A stretch of DNA of 15,391 nt, from positions 1 through 15,391 of the forward strand of contig JBEQAF010000053.1 in assembly GCA_041640455.1 (NCBI GenBank). The letters are read 5' to 3'. How positions within the stretch are numbered: position 1 is the first letter of the stretch; every line of letters begins with the position of its first letter. The stretch comes from a bacterium. GTDB lineage: Bacteria > CALINM01. Of this stretch, positions 1 through 8,017 are shown piece by piece. Position numbers and translations under genes: made by a program. The notes below the pieces were generated by a model. That model saw nothing but the letters and a program-made list of their open reading frames with translations. It ran no database searches and had not been told where the DNA came from.

Positions 1-1
1 G

Positions 2-886
2 AATACAGAAACCCTGTTTGACATCCATCCAGGTTCCTGGATAAACGGCAACTTTAAAATCTGGATAGGGCACCCTGAGGATAATCAGGCATGGGACTAT
101 CTTGCTGATGCAAGGGAGGCTATTGAGAAAGATAAACAGCAACTGGAAAAGGAGAAGCTCGAAAAAGTAATGGAGAGCCTCTATATTGCCGAAGGTAGTG
201 ACTGGTGCTGGTGGTATGGAGATGAACATTCAACGGAGTTTGAGCTGGAGTTTGATGAACTCTTCAGAAATTACATTAAGGACATTTATATAAATCTGGG
301 GAGAAAATATCCTGAAGGTTTAAACACACCTATAGTTAAGAAAGGTAAAGATATATCTCCTGATAAGGAGATATTAAGCTACATTGAACCCAAAATTGAT
401 GGCAAGGTATCCAGCTACTTTGAATGGCTCGGGTCAGGCAGTTTTAACCTTACCAAGTTCGGCTTTGCCATGCACAGAAGCACTGTTTATTTTGAAGAAC
501 TTCTGGTGGGGTTTAATGAGGAGAATATGTATTTTAGATTTGATCCAGAGAATGGATTTTTAAAGAACCCGGAAAACTTTCCTCTTAATATTAAATTTTA
601 TTTCCCTTTAAAAAACATTGAGCTGGACGGAAGCATTGATAAAAATGGCTTGCCGACGTTCATTCTGAGAAAGGGCGATAATGAATCTGTTGTAGAAAGT
701 GCTTTTCAACGAATTCTGGAGATAAAAATCCCACTTTCTCTTCTGGGAGCTGTAGAAGAGGATATAATAGCTTTCTATATTAATCTCAAACTGGCTACTC
801 AGGAGACTGTGAGATTTCCCATCAGAGGAAATATGGTGATTACGGTGCCGAAGAAAAACTTTGAAGACTATATGTGGCATGCTTAA
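2..886 (+). CDS. Glycoside hydrolase family 57 (alpha-amylase/amylopullulanase-like), C-terminal part; 5' end lies outside the window
   Basis: The frame is open from position 2, upstream of the ORF-track Met at 170, reading NTETLFDIHPGSWINGNFKIWIGHPEDNQAWDYL...LYIAEGSDWCWWYG...FDELFR. The GSWI, WIG and AEGSDWxWWYG motifs are typical of GH57. Stop TAA at 884-886. Confidence 0.88.
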   Translation, partial: NTETLFDIHPGSWINGNFKIWIGHPEDNQAWDYLADAREAIEKDKQQLEKEKLEKVMESLYIAEGSDWCWWYGDEHSTEFELEFDELFRNYIKDIYINLGRKYPEGLNTPIVKKGKDISPDKEILSYIEPKIDGKVSSYFEWLGSGSFNLTKFGFAMHRSTVYFEELLVGFNEENMYFRFDPENGFLKNPENFPLNIKFYFPLKNIELDGSIDKNGLPTFILRKGDNESVVESAFQRILEIKIPLSLLGAVEEDIIAFYINLKLATQETVRFPIRGNMVITVPKKNFEDYMWHA

Positions 887-898
887 AGGGAGGATTAT

Positions 899-2179
899 GT
901 GAATATAGTAAAACCATTCAGGGGTATTACCTACAACCCCCAGATAATAAGGTCTATGGAGGATGTGCTTACGCCACCCTATGATATTATTGACGAAAAG
1001 ATGCAGGATGATTTTTATGGCAGGCATGAATATAACTTTGTAAAGATAGATTTTGGAAAAAGATACGATACCGATGATGAGAACAATAATGTTTATTCAA
1101 GGGCAAAGTATTATTTCAATGATTGGCTTAAGAAGAATGTGCTGTTAAAAAGCTTTGATGATGCTTTTTACATTCTTAAGCAGGAGTTTCAGTATGAGGG
1201 GAAAAGCTATGAAAAATTTGGCTTTTATGGGTTGTACAGGCTTTCAGAATATGGTCTTGATACCATAATGCCCCATGAAAAAACCCAGTCAGGTCCTAAG
1301 GAAGACCGTTTCAGACTGACCATCTCCTGCAATGCCTACTTCAGCGCTGTCTATGCAGTTTATGAGGATCAGGATCTGACTATAGAGAATCTGATTAAAA
1401 GTTCAGATCTAAAAGAGCTTTTTAGCTTTACCGATTATCAGAATGTGAAAAATACCCTGTATCTTTCTAATAATAATCTGATAAATCAGAGAATAAGCCA
1501 GTTTATGTCAGATAGAAGACTCATAATAGCCGATGGGCATCACAGGTATGAGACAGCCTTGAGGGTAAATAGAGAGTTAAGAGAGAAAGGGATAAATAAT
1601 GAAAGTATAGACTATTGTTTAATGTATTTTTCAAATCTTTCGGATCCAAATCTTCTTATTCTGCCTACCCACAGACTCGTATCCGATACAGAGTTTGATA
1701 AAGATAGGTTTTATAACTATCTTAAGCAGTATTTTATTGTTTCTGATATTGATAAATCAGCTTTGAAAGAGCTTTATAAAGGGATAAAGAAATCTCCCGA
1801 AACCAGAATTATCTGTGGCTTTGCAGATAGACTGGTTCTTCTCACACCCGATATGAAAAGCCTAAACAGTCTATTCCCGGAACACATGCCGGATGTTTTA
1901 AAGGCTCTGGATGTTAATATTCTTTTTTATGGCATATTAAAACCTGCTTTAAATATTGATGAAGAGGATCTTAAGAACCAGAAAAAGATATCCTACTGCA
2001 AGGATGAGTCAGAAACCATAAGACTTGTAGAGTCGGGAGATAAGCAGGTAGCCTTTATACTTCAGTATCCGAGAGTAGAAAATCTGAAAAAGGTTATTAG
2101 CACAAAAGAGACCATGCCGCAAAAATCTACCTATTTTTATCCTAAAATCCCTTCAGGTGCGGTAATCTATCAGTTTTAG
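899..2179 (+). CDS. DUF1015 family protein
   Basis: 426 aa with the motifs KPFRG, PPYDII, PHEKT, IADGHHRYETA, LPTHR and C-terminal MPQKSTYFYPK. GTG start with GGGAGG RBS at 888-893. Confidence 0.88.
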   Translation: MNIVKPFRGITYNPQIIRSMEDVLTPPYDIIDEKMQDDFYGRHEYNFVKIDFGKRYDTDDENNNVYSRAKYYFNDWLKKNVLLKSFDDAFYILKQEFQYEGKSYEKFGFYGLYRLSEYGLDTIMPHEKTQSGPKEDRFRLTISCNAYFSAVYAVYEDQDLTIENLIKSSDLKELFSFTDYQNVKNTLYLSNNNLINQRISQFMSDRRLIIADGHHRYETALRVNRELREKGINNESIDYCLMYFSNLSDPNLLILPTHRLVSDTEFDKDRFYNYLKQYFIVSDIDKSALKELYKGIKKSPETRIICGFADRLVLLTPDMKSLNSLFPEHMPDVLKALDVNILFYGILKPALNIDEEDLKNQKKISYCKDESETIRLVESGDKQVAFILQYPRVENLKKVISTKETMPQKSTYFYPKIPSGAVIYQF

Positions 2180-2180
2180 T

Positions 2181-2873
2181 ATGCTGATTGGAGACCAGTT
2201 TAAGGGGCTCGGTTTAAAAATATATCAGCCAGAAGGCTCATATCGATATAATGAAGATTCCCTTCTGCTTGCAGGTTTTTTAAAAAATATAAAGAAAGGT
2301 AGCTTAATAGCAGACCTCGGAGCAGGTTCAGGGCTTATATCTCTTATTACTGCCAGAAGATTTGAACATGTCAAAATATACGCAGTCGAGATCCAGAAAG
2401 AGATATTCAGTTATTTAGTTAGAAATATTGAATATAACAATCTTTCTGAATCTATAATACCCTTAAACGAGGATTACCGTAATATCTATAAAAAATATCA
2501 TCAGTTTTTTGATCTTGTGATTACTAATCCTCCTTACAGAAAGCCTGACGAAGGAAGGGTTAGCAGAGATATTAAAAGAGCCATATCAAGGCATGAAACT
2601 TTGGGGACTCTCGAAGAGCTTCTACTTGCATCCTGCAGAATATTAAAAGATAAGGGTCGTATCTGCCTTTCCTATCTTGCAGAAAGAGCTGTAGACCTGT
2701 TCTATTTTATGCGGGAATTTGGGCTGGAACCCAAAAGGGTACTGCCTGTATATCCATTTAGCAATAAAAATGCAAATCTAATAATTGTTGAGGCTATAAA
2801 AAAGGGAGGGAGGGGGCTGACTATTCTTCCTCCTTTTTTTCGGAGAGATACTGCCTCTTCAGAGAGCAGATAA
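2181..2873 (+). CDS. SAM-dependent methyltransferase, tRNA1(Val) (adenine(37)-N6)-methyltransferase (YfiC/TrmN6-like) family
   Basis: Motifs YQP..YRYNEDSLLLAGF, DLGAGSG (SAM binding), NPPY (N6-adenine MTase motif IV), ISRHE and LEPKR. Starts 1 nt after the DUF1015 stop. Confidence 0.82.
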   Translation: MLIGDQFKGLGLKIYQPEGSYRYNEDSLLLAGFLKNIKKGSLIADLGAGSGLISLITARRFEHVKIYAVEIQKEIFSYLVRNIEYNNLSESIIPLNEDYRNIYKKYHQFFDLVITNPPYRKPDEGRVSRDIKRAISRHETLGTLEELLLASCRILKDKGRICLSYLAERAVDLFYFMREFGLEPKRVLPVYPFSNKNANLIIVEAIKKGGRGLTILPPFFRRDTASSESR

Positions 2874-3297
2874 ACACATTTCTGACTATCTCTTTAAGCT
2901 CCTTATCTTTAATTACCTTTATATTTTCTTCAATAAAATTCAGATCCGACTGGTCAAGTTTAACTCTGTCCAGATTATAAACAAAGGTTTCAGATTTTTT
3001 GAGTGCAGGGTTTTTAGCCCTACCTATTCTGAATTTTATATCCCTTATGTCATTATCTTTATTTATCTCATTTATGCGTCTAATGAACTCGTTCTTCAAA
3101 AGATTTAGCTGATTGATCCATACAGGATCCTGCACTGCTATAGTAAATATACCATCCTCAACAAACTCAGGAAAGGATATCTTTGCAATTATATCTCCTG
3201 CCACCTGACGCCAGAGTTCTGAAAGATCGTACCTATATATTTTTGGTATTTTTAATTTTTTTGCCAGAGTGCCAAATATATTCTGAAGATTATCCAC
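2821..3297 (-). CDS. dciA: DUF721 / DciA family protein (putative replicative helicase loader)
   Basis: 158 aa with the DUF721 pattern W.QVAGDIIAKISFP...DG.FTIAVQDPVWINQLNLLK...I.DIKFRIG followed by a charged helical tail. GTG start. Confidence 0.75.
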   Translation of the reverse strand: MDNLQNIFGTLAKKLKIPKIYRYDLSELWRQVAGDIIAKISFPEFVEDGIFTIAVQDPVWINQLNLLKNEFIRRINEINKDNDIRDIKFRIGRAKNPALKKSETFVYNLDRVKLDQSDLNFIEENIKVIKDKELKEIVRNVFICSLKRQYLSEKKEEE

Positions 3298-3298
3298 A
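3290..3298 (+). promoter_or_regulatory. Perfect DnaA box (TTATCCACA) overlapping the dciA start codon
   Basis: Exact match to the canonical 9-mer TTATCCACA. On the minus strand it reads T-GTG-GAT-AA, which includes the start codon. Confidence 0.6.
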
Positions 3299-3303
3299 GG
3301 CTT

Positions 3304-3332
3304 ATTTTAAAACAGCTACTACTTTTAAACAA
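3304..3332 (-). promoter_or_regulatory. Putative sigma70 promoter for dciA (TTGTTT-N17-TAAAAT)
   Basis: Minus strand -35 TTGTTT at 3332-3327, 17-nt spacer, -10 TAAAAT at 3309-3304, then 6 nt to the GTG. Confidence 0.5.
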
Positions 3333-3341
3333 CAAGTAAAA

Positions 3342-3370
3342 TTGAAATAATCAGTCTAAAAGACTAAAAT
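3342..3370 (+). promoter_or_regulatory. Putative sigma70 promoter for the enoyl-CoA isomerase gene (TTGAAA-N17-TAAAAT)
   Basis: TTGAAA at 3342-3347, 17-nt spacer, TAAAAT at 3365-3370. RBS GGAGGT at 3385-3390. Confidence 0.55.
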
Positions 3371-3397
3371 AAGAGAAAATTATCGGAGGTAATTTTT

Positions 3398-4141
3398 ATG
3401 TTAGAGATTAAAGCAGAAGAAAATATATGTATTGTAAGGCTGACAAAGGGAGTAACAAACCCCATCTGTCTTGAGCTTATCCATAAGCTGGATGAGGCTT
3501 TGAGAAGGGCTGAAAAGGATTTTTCCGCTCTTATCATAACAGGAGGAGAAAAGTTTTTTTCCATGGGTTTTGATCTACCAGAACTTATAGGTTATAAGGA
3601 TGGGGAGATGAGAAACTTTTACCGAAGCTTTAACAAATTAATCCTGAAGGTTTATGATCTTTCAATCCCTACCTGTGCAATGATCAGTGGGCATGCAGTT
3701 GCAGGTGGATTTATCCTTGTTTTATCCGCTGATTTTCGTACAGCATCTATTGGAAAAAAGCTTTTCCTCGGGGTAAATGAGATAAAACTGGGGGTGCCGG
3801 TTCCTTTTCTGGCAGACCTTATACTCAGGCAGATTACCAGTCATAATAATGCAAACTATCTATTATATTCTGGAGAATTTATAAACCCTCTTCAGGGGAA
3901 AGAAACGGGTATTATAAACGAGATTTTTGAAGAACAGGATTTAGAGTTAAAAACACTACAAAAAATGAAAATCTTTGCAAGCCTGCCCAGAACTGCCTTT
4001 TCAGCCATAAAAAGGAACAAAACAAGAGCTATTATAGAACAATATCTAAAGAGGGCAGAGTCTGATGAGGATGAGTTTATTCAATGCTGGTTTAGTGAGA
4101 ATACCAGAAGAATGCTTGAGGAAGCGGCAAAAAAATTTTAA
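3398..4141 (+). CDS. Enoyl-CoA hydratase/isomerase (crotonase) family protein, delta3-delta2-enoyl-CoA isomerase-like
   Basis: Crotonase motifs TNPI, FFSMGFDL (oxyanion hole), PTCAMISGHAVAGG, ADFR and GVNEIKLG. Strong GGAGGT RBS. Confidence 0.88.
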   Translation: MLEIKAEENICIVRLTKGVTNPICLELIHKLDEALRRAEKDFSALIITGGEKFFSMGFDLPELIGYKDGEMRNFYRSFNKLILKVYDLSIPTCAMISGHAVAGGFILVLSADFRTASIGKKLFLGVNEIKLGVPVPFLADLILRQITSHNNANYLLYSGEFINPLQGKETGIINEIFEEQDLELKTLQKMKIFASLPRTAFSAIKRNKTRAIIEQYLKRAESDEDEFIQCWFSENTRRMLEEAAKKF

Positions 4142-4154
4142 ACAACAAGAAAAG

Positions 4155-4228
4155 CGCGCCCGAGAGGATTCGAACCTCTGACCCACAGATTAGAAGTCTG
4201 TTGCTCTATCCTACTGAGCTACGGGCGC
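4155..4228 (-). tRNA. tRNA-Arg (anticodon TCT)
   Basis: Reverse complement is GCGCCCGTAGCTCAGTAGGATAGAGCAACAGACTTCTAATCTGTGGGTCAGAGGTTCGAATCCTCTCGGGCGCG. It has a 7-bp acceptor stem, an anticodon arm ACAGA-CTTCTAA-TCTGT and a T-loop GTTCGAATC. CCA is not encoded. Confidence 0.96.
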
Positions 4229-4251
4229 ATTATAATAGGTCGGAGTGTATA

Positions 4252-4325
4252 TCGGGGCGAGAGGATTTGAACCTCCGACTCCCTGCTCCCAAGGCAGGTG
4301 CGCTACCAAGCTGCGCTACGCCCCG
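4252..4325 (-). tRNA. tRNA-Pro (anticodon TGG)
   Basis: Reverse complement is CGGGGCGTAGCGCAGCTTGGTAGCGCACCTGCCTTGGGAGCAGGGAGTCGGAGGTTCAAATCCTCTCGCCCCGA. Anticodon arm CCTGC-CTTGGGA-GCAGG, T-loop GTTCAAATC. CCA is not encoded. Confidence 0.96.
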
Positions 4326-4451
4326 CAAAAAATATCTGTAATATTTACCATAAATAGCATTTTTTAGCAATATTTTTTTAATGTTTGTACCAGATAGGTA
4401 TAGACATATTAACCAGTTTTTTGATTTTATTGAAGGAAAAGGGTTTACTTA

Positions 4452-7007
4452 TCAGCTTTTTCCTTGAAGAATTACTATAATAGCTTTTTCTGGCTTTAGA
4501 TAATCTTTCAAGGGCTCTATTAGATTTTTAGAATTGATTTTTTTTATCTCTTCCTGAAATTTTGTGTAATGAAGAGGGTTATTAAAAAGAATATAATTCT
4601 GAACATAAGTAGATGCAACATCGGAGTTTTTCTGCAAACTTTCAGCAAAGCTAAAAATTATCTGGTTTTTTGCCTTTAATATTTCCTCCTCGCCAACACC
4701 TTCTCTTACAAGGTTTTCCAGCTCTTCAATAAGTCCCTTTCTTGCTGTTTCTGTCTTCTCAGGTGAAGTACCTATGTAAAGGTTGAGTAGAGAAAATTCA
4801 GGAAATTCAAAAATAAAGGCACCAAGCGAGTAGGCAAGCCCCTTCTTATCCCTGAGGTTCACAAAGAGCCTTCCGCTCTGGTTTGAAAGGATGTTGCTTA
4901 ATATATGAAAATTTGCCCGTAGCGGAGAGTATACGGAGGGGATTATAAATCCAACAAGTATATGGGACTGATTAAACTGGGAACTTTCGATGAGCTCTTT
5001 TTTTAAAGCTCTTGGCTGTATGTTTCTCACAGCTGTGGTTTGTCTTGTCGGTATGGTTTCAAGATGTTTTTTAAGAATCTCTTCGTATCCATCGGGAAGG
5101 TCACCGGAGATGGTCATAAATAACCTGTCTGGTGAAAATATGTTATAAAAAGCCTTTGTTAGTTCTTCCTGATCAATACTATTAATCGTCTCTTCTGTGC
5201 CTTCTGTGGGATTGGCAAAGTTTGTACCATTGAAAATATTTGAGAAATAAATATCTCTGAGCAGACTTGTAGGTCTCTCTTTTTTTCTCTTTATCTCTTC
5301 TAAAATCAATCTTTTTACCTTATCTACCTCTTCCTTCTTTGGATTAAATTCTCGTAATATCTCCGACAGCAGAGATATTGCTCTTTCAAAGTCTTCTTTT
5401 AAGAACTGTCCGCTGACACCTGTCATATTCTTGGTTGAATAGGCATTTATGGAACCACCAATAAGTTCGATCTCTTCGATGATATTTTTATAGGATCTGT
5501 TTTTTGTGCCTCTTAAAAATGATGAAGCTGTAAGATAGGATAATCCAGCCTTCTCCTCCAGTCTTTGTCCTGCAAGCCCTGCCAGATTAAAAGCAAAGGT
5601 TGGCTGACCTGTTCTTTTCTGGACGACAATCTTTAAGCCGTTCTTTAATGTTATCTGAGAAAAGGTTCTCTCCTGACTTTTATAGCTGTCTACTATTCTG
5701 TTCAGATTATCAATAAGTAAGTTCTTGTCTGACCTTTCGGGGGTGAGAACCACGAGGGTCATCTTTTCGGGTTTAATAAACCTCTCTCTTGCCCGGAGCA
5801 GGTCTTTTCGGGATACCGATCTGATAAGTTCTATATATTTCCGAGAATAATTGGGATCTTTAAAATATAAGAATGAACTGCCCATATCTCTTGCAATATC
5901 ATTATACTTTTCTCGGGAAAAGTAGTAGTTTGCCTCATAGTTTTTTAAGACCTTTTTCAGAGAGCTTTCTTCAACGGTAAAAGAGCTGGTGAAGAGTGCT
6001 TTGCCAATCTCTTCAACAACCTGTTCGGTGTTTTTGCAGGGAAAGTTTGCCTGGATTATAAAAAATCCCAGATCTGTTAAAGAGAATTGATAACTGTATA
6101 TGTAGCTTACAAGCTGTTTTTTTTCTTTAAGCTCTTCATTAAGCAATGAGGTGGAAGATTCACCATACAGATAAGAAAGTACATCTATGACGGGCACATC
6201 TTTACTATAAATATTTGGAGTGGGAAAACCAACCATAATGTAACAGGATTTAATATCTTTCTCTTTAATAAAAATTCCAGGCTGAAAAGAGATATCTGTT
6301 CTGGTAATGTCCTTTTTTAAACTGTCTGATTTTTTGTTTCGGCTAAATATATTTTCAATAAATTCCGTTACTTTATGACTTTCCAGATCTCCAGCTGCTA
6401 CGATAAAAGATTTTTCTGGAATATAAAATTTGTTGTAAAAATCATATAGTTTTACAGGGGTTGCCTGTTTAATATTTTCCTCATAGCCTATAACAGGGCG
6501 TCTTGCTGGATGATCTTTTATAGCACTTTCGAAAAAGGTTTTGTATAGCACTCTTTCTGGTGAATCGTAGCCTCTTTTCATCTCTTCAAGTATCACATCC
6601 TTTTCTGCATTAAAGCTTTCTTCTGTAAACTCGGTGGAGTAAAAGATGTCTGCAAGCACTTTAAGCCCTTCTTCAAGATGCTCTTTGGGTATGGTAAGGT
6701 GATAAACTGTTTTCTCCAGAGATGTGTAAGCGTTAATGTCTCCACCCAGAATCTCTATTCTTCTGGCAATGTCCTTGCTTCTGAAAGTAAGATGCTCAAG
6801 AAAATGGGCATATCCTGCTTCATCATCGGTTTCTGATGTGCTACCAGCGGAGATCCAGAGCTGAAGTGATATTACAGGAGATGTTCTGTCTTCAAAAATG
6901 ACAGCATTTAGCCCGTTTCTGAACTCTTTAACATTTAAAGCAGATTTGCATAACTCAGGATATAAGATAAGAAAAAAAACGATAAGAGTTCTATAAAAAG
7001 CTCTCAT
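4452..7007 (-). CDS. M16 family (pitrilysin/insulinase-like) zinc metallopeptidase, single-chain, probably exported
   Basis: Inverted zinc motif HFLEH (nt 6806-6792) in GYAHFLEHL, followed by NAYTS and EKDVILEE. The second half is a degenerate repeat (GLSYLTASS..RGT) with SGRLFVNLRDKKGLAY. The N-terminal hydrophobic stretch is consistent with a signal peptide. Confidence 0.92.
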   Translation of the reverse strand: MRAFYRTLIVFFLILYPELCKSALNVKEFRNGLNAVIFEDRTSPVISLQLWISAGSTSETDDEAGYAHFLEHLTFRSKDIARRIEILGGDINAYTSLEKTVYHLTIPKEHLEEGLKVLADIFYSTEFTEESFNAEKDVILEEMKRGYDSPERVLYKTFFESAIKDHPARRPVIGYEENIKQATPVKLYDFYNKFYIPEKSFIVAAGDLESHKVTEFIENIFSRNKKSDSLKKDITRTDISFQPGIFIKEKDIKSCYIMVGFPTPNIYSKDVPVIDVLSYLYGESSTSLLNEELKEKKQLVSYIYSYQFSLTDLGFFIIQANFPCKNTEQVVEEIGKALFTSSFTVEESSLKKVLKNYEANYYFSREKYNDIARDMGSSFLYFKDPNYSRKYIELIRSVSRKDLLRARERFIKPEKMTLVVLTPERSDKNLLIDNLNRIVDSYKSQERTFSQITLKNGLKIVVQKRTGQPTFAFNLAGLAGQRLEEKAGLSYLTASSFLRGTKNRSYKNIIEEIELIGGSINAYSTKNMTGVSGQFLKEDFERAISLLSEILREFNPKKEEVDKVKRLILEEIKRKKERPTSLLRDIYFSNIFNGTNFANPTEGTEETINSIDQEELTKAFYNIFSPDRLFMTISGDLPDGYEEILKKHLETIPTRQTTAVRNIQPRALKKELIESSQFNQSHILVGFIIPSVYSPLRANFHILSNILSNQSGRLFVNLRDKKGLAYSLGAFIFEFPEFSLLNLYIGTSPEKTETARKGLIEELENLVREGVGEEEILKAKNQIIFSFAESLQKNSDVASTYVQNYILFNNPLHYTKFQEEIKKINSKNLIEPLKDYLKPEKAIIVILQGKS

Positions 7008-7975
7008 AGTTTTCGTTCAATAGTGTAGTCAACGAGAGCTAAAAGATACTCTCTGTATGGCTCCTTGATAAAATCAACATTTTCCTTTGCAAGCCTTGCA
7101 AACTCTTTAGCCCTTTTAAAGGATTCCTCAAAGGCGTTTACCCTGCTAAGATGATCAAAGATTTTTTCAAAATCATCTTTGCTTTTTTCGTCTTTGAGAA
7201 ACAGCTCTTCCAGATAGATTTTTTCATTATTGTCTGCCATACTATATGCGTATATAAAAGGCAGTGTTACCTTCCCGTCATAAAAGTCCTGACCTCTGGT
7301 CTTCCCCATGGTCTGGTCATCCACCAGATAATCTATGGTATCATCCACAATCTGAAAAGCAATTCCAAGATTTTTTCCAAACTCTCGCATCCGTATTTTT
7401 TCTTCTCTATTGCCACCACCAAGAATGGCACCTATCTCGGCAGCTGCGGAGATAAGTACAGCAGTTTTTGAATATACAACATCCAGATATTCTTCTTCAG
7501 TGGTTTTGGGTTCGTTGGTCTTTAAAAGCTGGAGAATCTCACCCTCAGCCATTTTAGTGGTAGCCTTTGATACGCAGTCCAGTATCTCTAAGTCTCCATC
7601 CTGAACCAGCTTCAGGAAAGACCTTGCAAGAAGAAAATCGCCTACCAGAACCGTAGCCTCGTTCCCCCACAGTATATTTGCCGTTGGTTGACCTCTACGT
7701 AGTTCGGCATAATCAACCACATCGTCGTGCAATAAGGTAGCTGTATGAATAAACTCAAGGGTACTTGCAATGGAAAACATCCTTGAGTCGGTATATCCAA
7801 AGGCTCTGGATGAAAGCACCAGAACAAGCGGTCTGAATCTTTTACCCCCACTTTCTATAAGGTAAGAAGCTACCTTCCCAATAAAGGATATGGGTGAGTC
7901 GAGAGATTTTTTAATCTCTTCATTGACATACTCAAGATCTTTTTCAAAAAGTTTCTGAATTTCCTTAAAATTCAT
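7004..7975 (-). CDS. ispB: Polyprenyl (octaprenyl/heptaprenyl) diphosphate synthase
   Basis: Motifs GGKRFRP, EFIHTATLLHDDVVD...RRG (FARM), LVGDFL, GEILQL, KTAVL and FQIVDD (SARM). Ala at the chain-length position indicates a long-chain product. ATGA overlap with the M16 gene at 7004-7007. Confidence 0.9.
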   Translation of the reverse strand: MNFKEIQKLFEKDLEYVNEEIKKSLDSPISFIGKVASYLIESGGKRFRPLVLVLSSRAFGYTDSRMFSIASTLEFIHTATLLHDDVVDYAELRRGQPTANILWGNEATVLVGDFLLARSFLKLVQDGDLEILDCVSKATTKMAEGEILQLLKTNEPKTTEEEYLDVVYSKTAVLISAAAEIGAILGGGNREEKIRMREFGKNLGIAFQIVDDTIDYLVDDQTMGKTRGQDFYDGKVTLPFIYAYSMADNNEKIYLEELFLKDEKSKDDFEKIFDHLSRVNAFEESFKRAKEFARLAKENVDFIKEPYREYLLALVDYTIERKL

Positions 7976-7988
7976 AGGATTTTAAATT

Positions 7989-8017
7989 ATGATAAAGGAA
8001 AATCAATAATCTGTCAA
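7989..8017 (-). promoter_or_regulatory. Putative sigma70 promoter for ispB-M16 (TTGACA-N17-TATCAT)
   Basis: Minus strand consensus TTGACA at 8017-8012, 17-nt spacer, TATCAT at 7994-7989. Confidence 0.6.

Noticed and set aside
897..902. ATG-TGA mini-ORF overlapping the DUF1015 GTG start
   Set aside because: SD spacing favours the GTG, and there is no evidence for a regulatory role.
608..1027. 139-aa minus-strand ORF
   Set aside because: Antisense shadow of the GH57 and DUF1015 genes, with no recognisable motifs.
4342..4370. Possible tRNA promoter TTGCTA-N17-TAAATA on the minus strand
   Set aside because: The -10 lacks the conserved final T and the region is very AT-rich, so it is too weak to call.
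4142..4451. tRNA-associated genomic island or attachment site
   Set aside because: No integrase, no duplicated tRNA 3' end and no evident compositional shift in the window.
7151..7851. Several short ORFs inside ispB, and likewise 3364-3564, 8579-8809, 9103-9525, 12125-12382 and 13122-15210
   Set aside because: All overlap confidently assigned genes in other frames or strands, and none has independent support.
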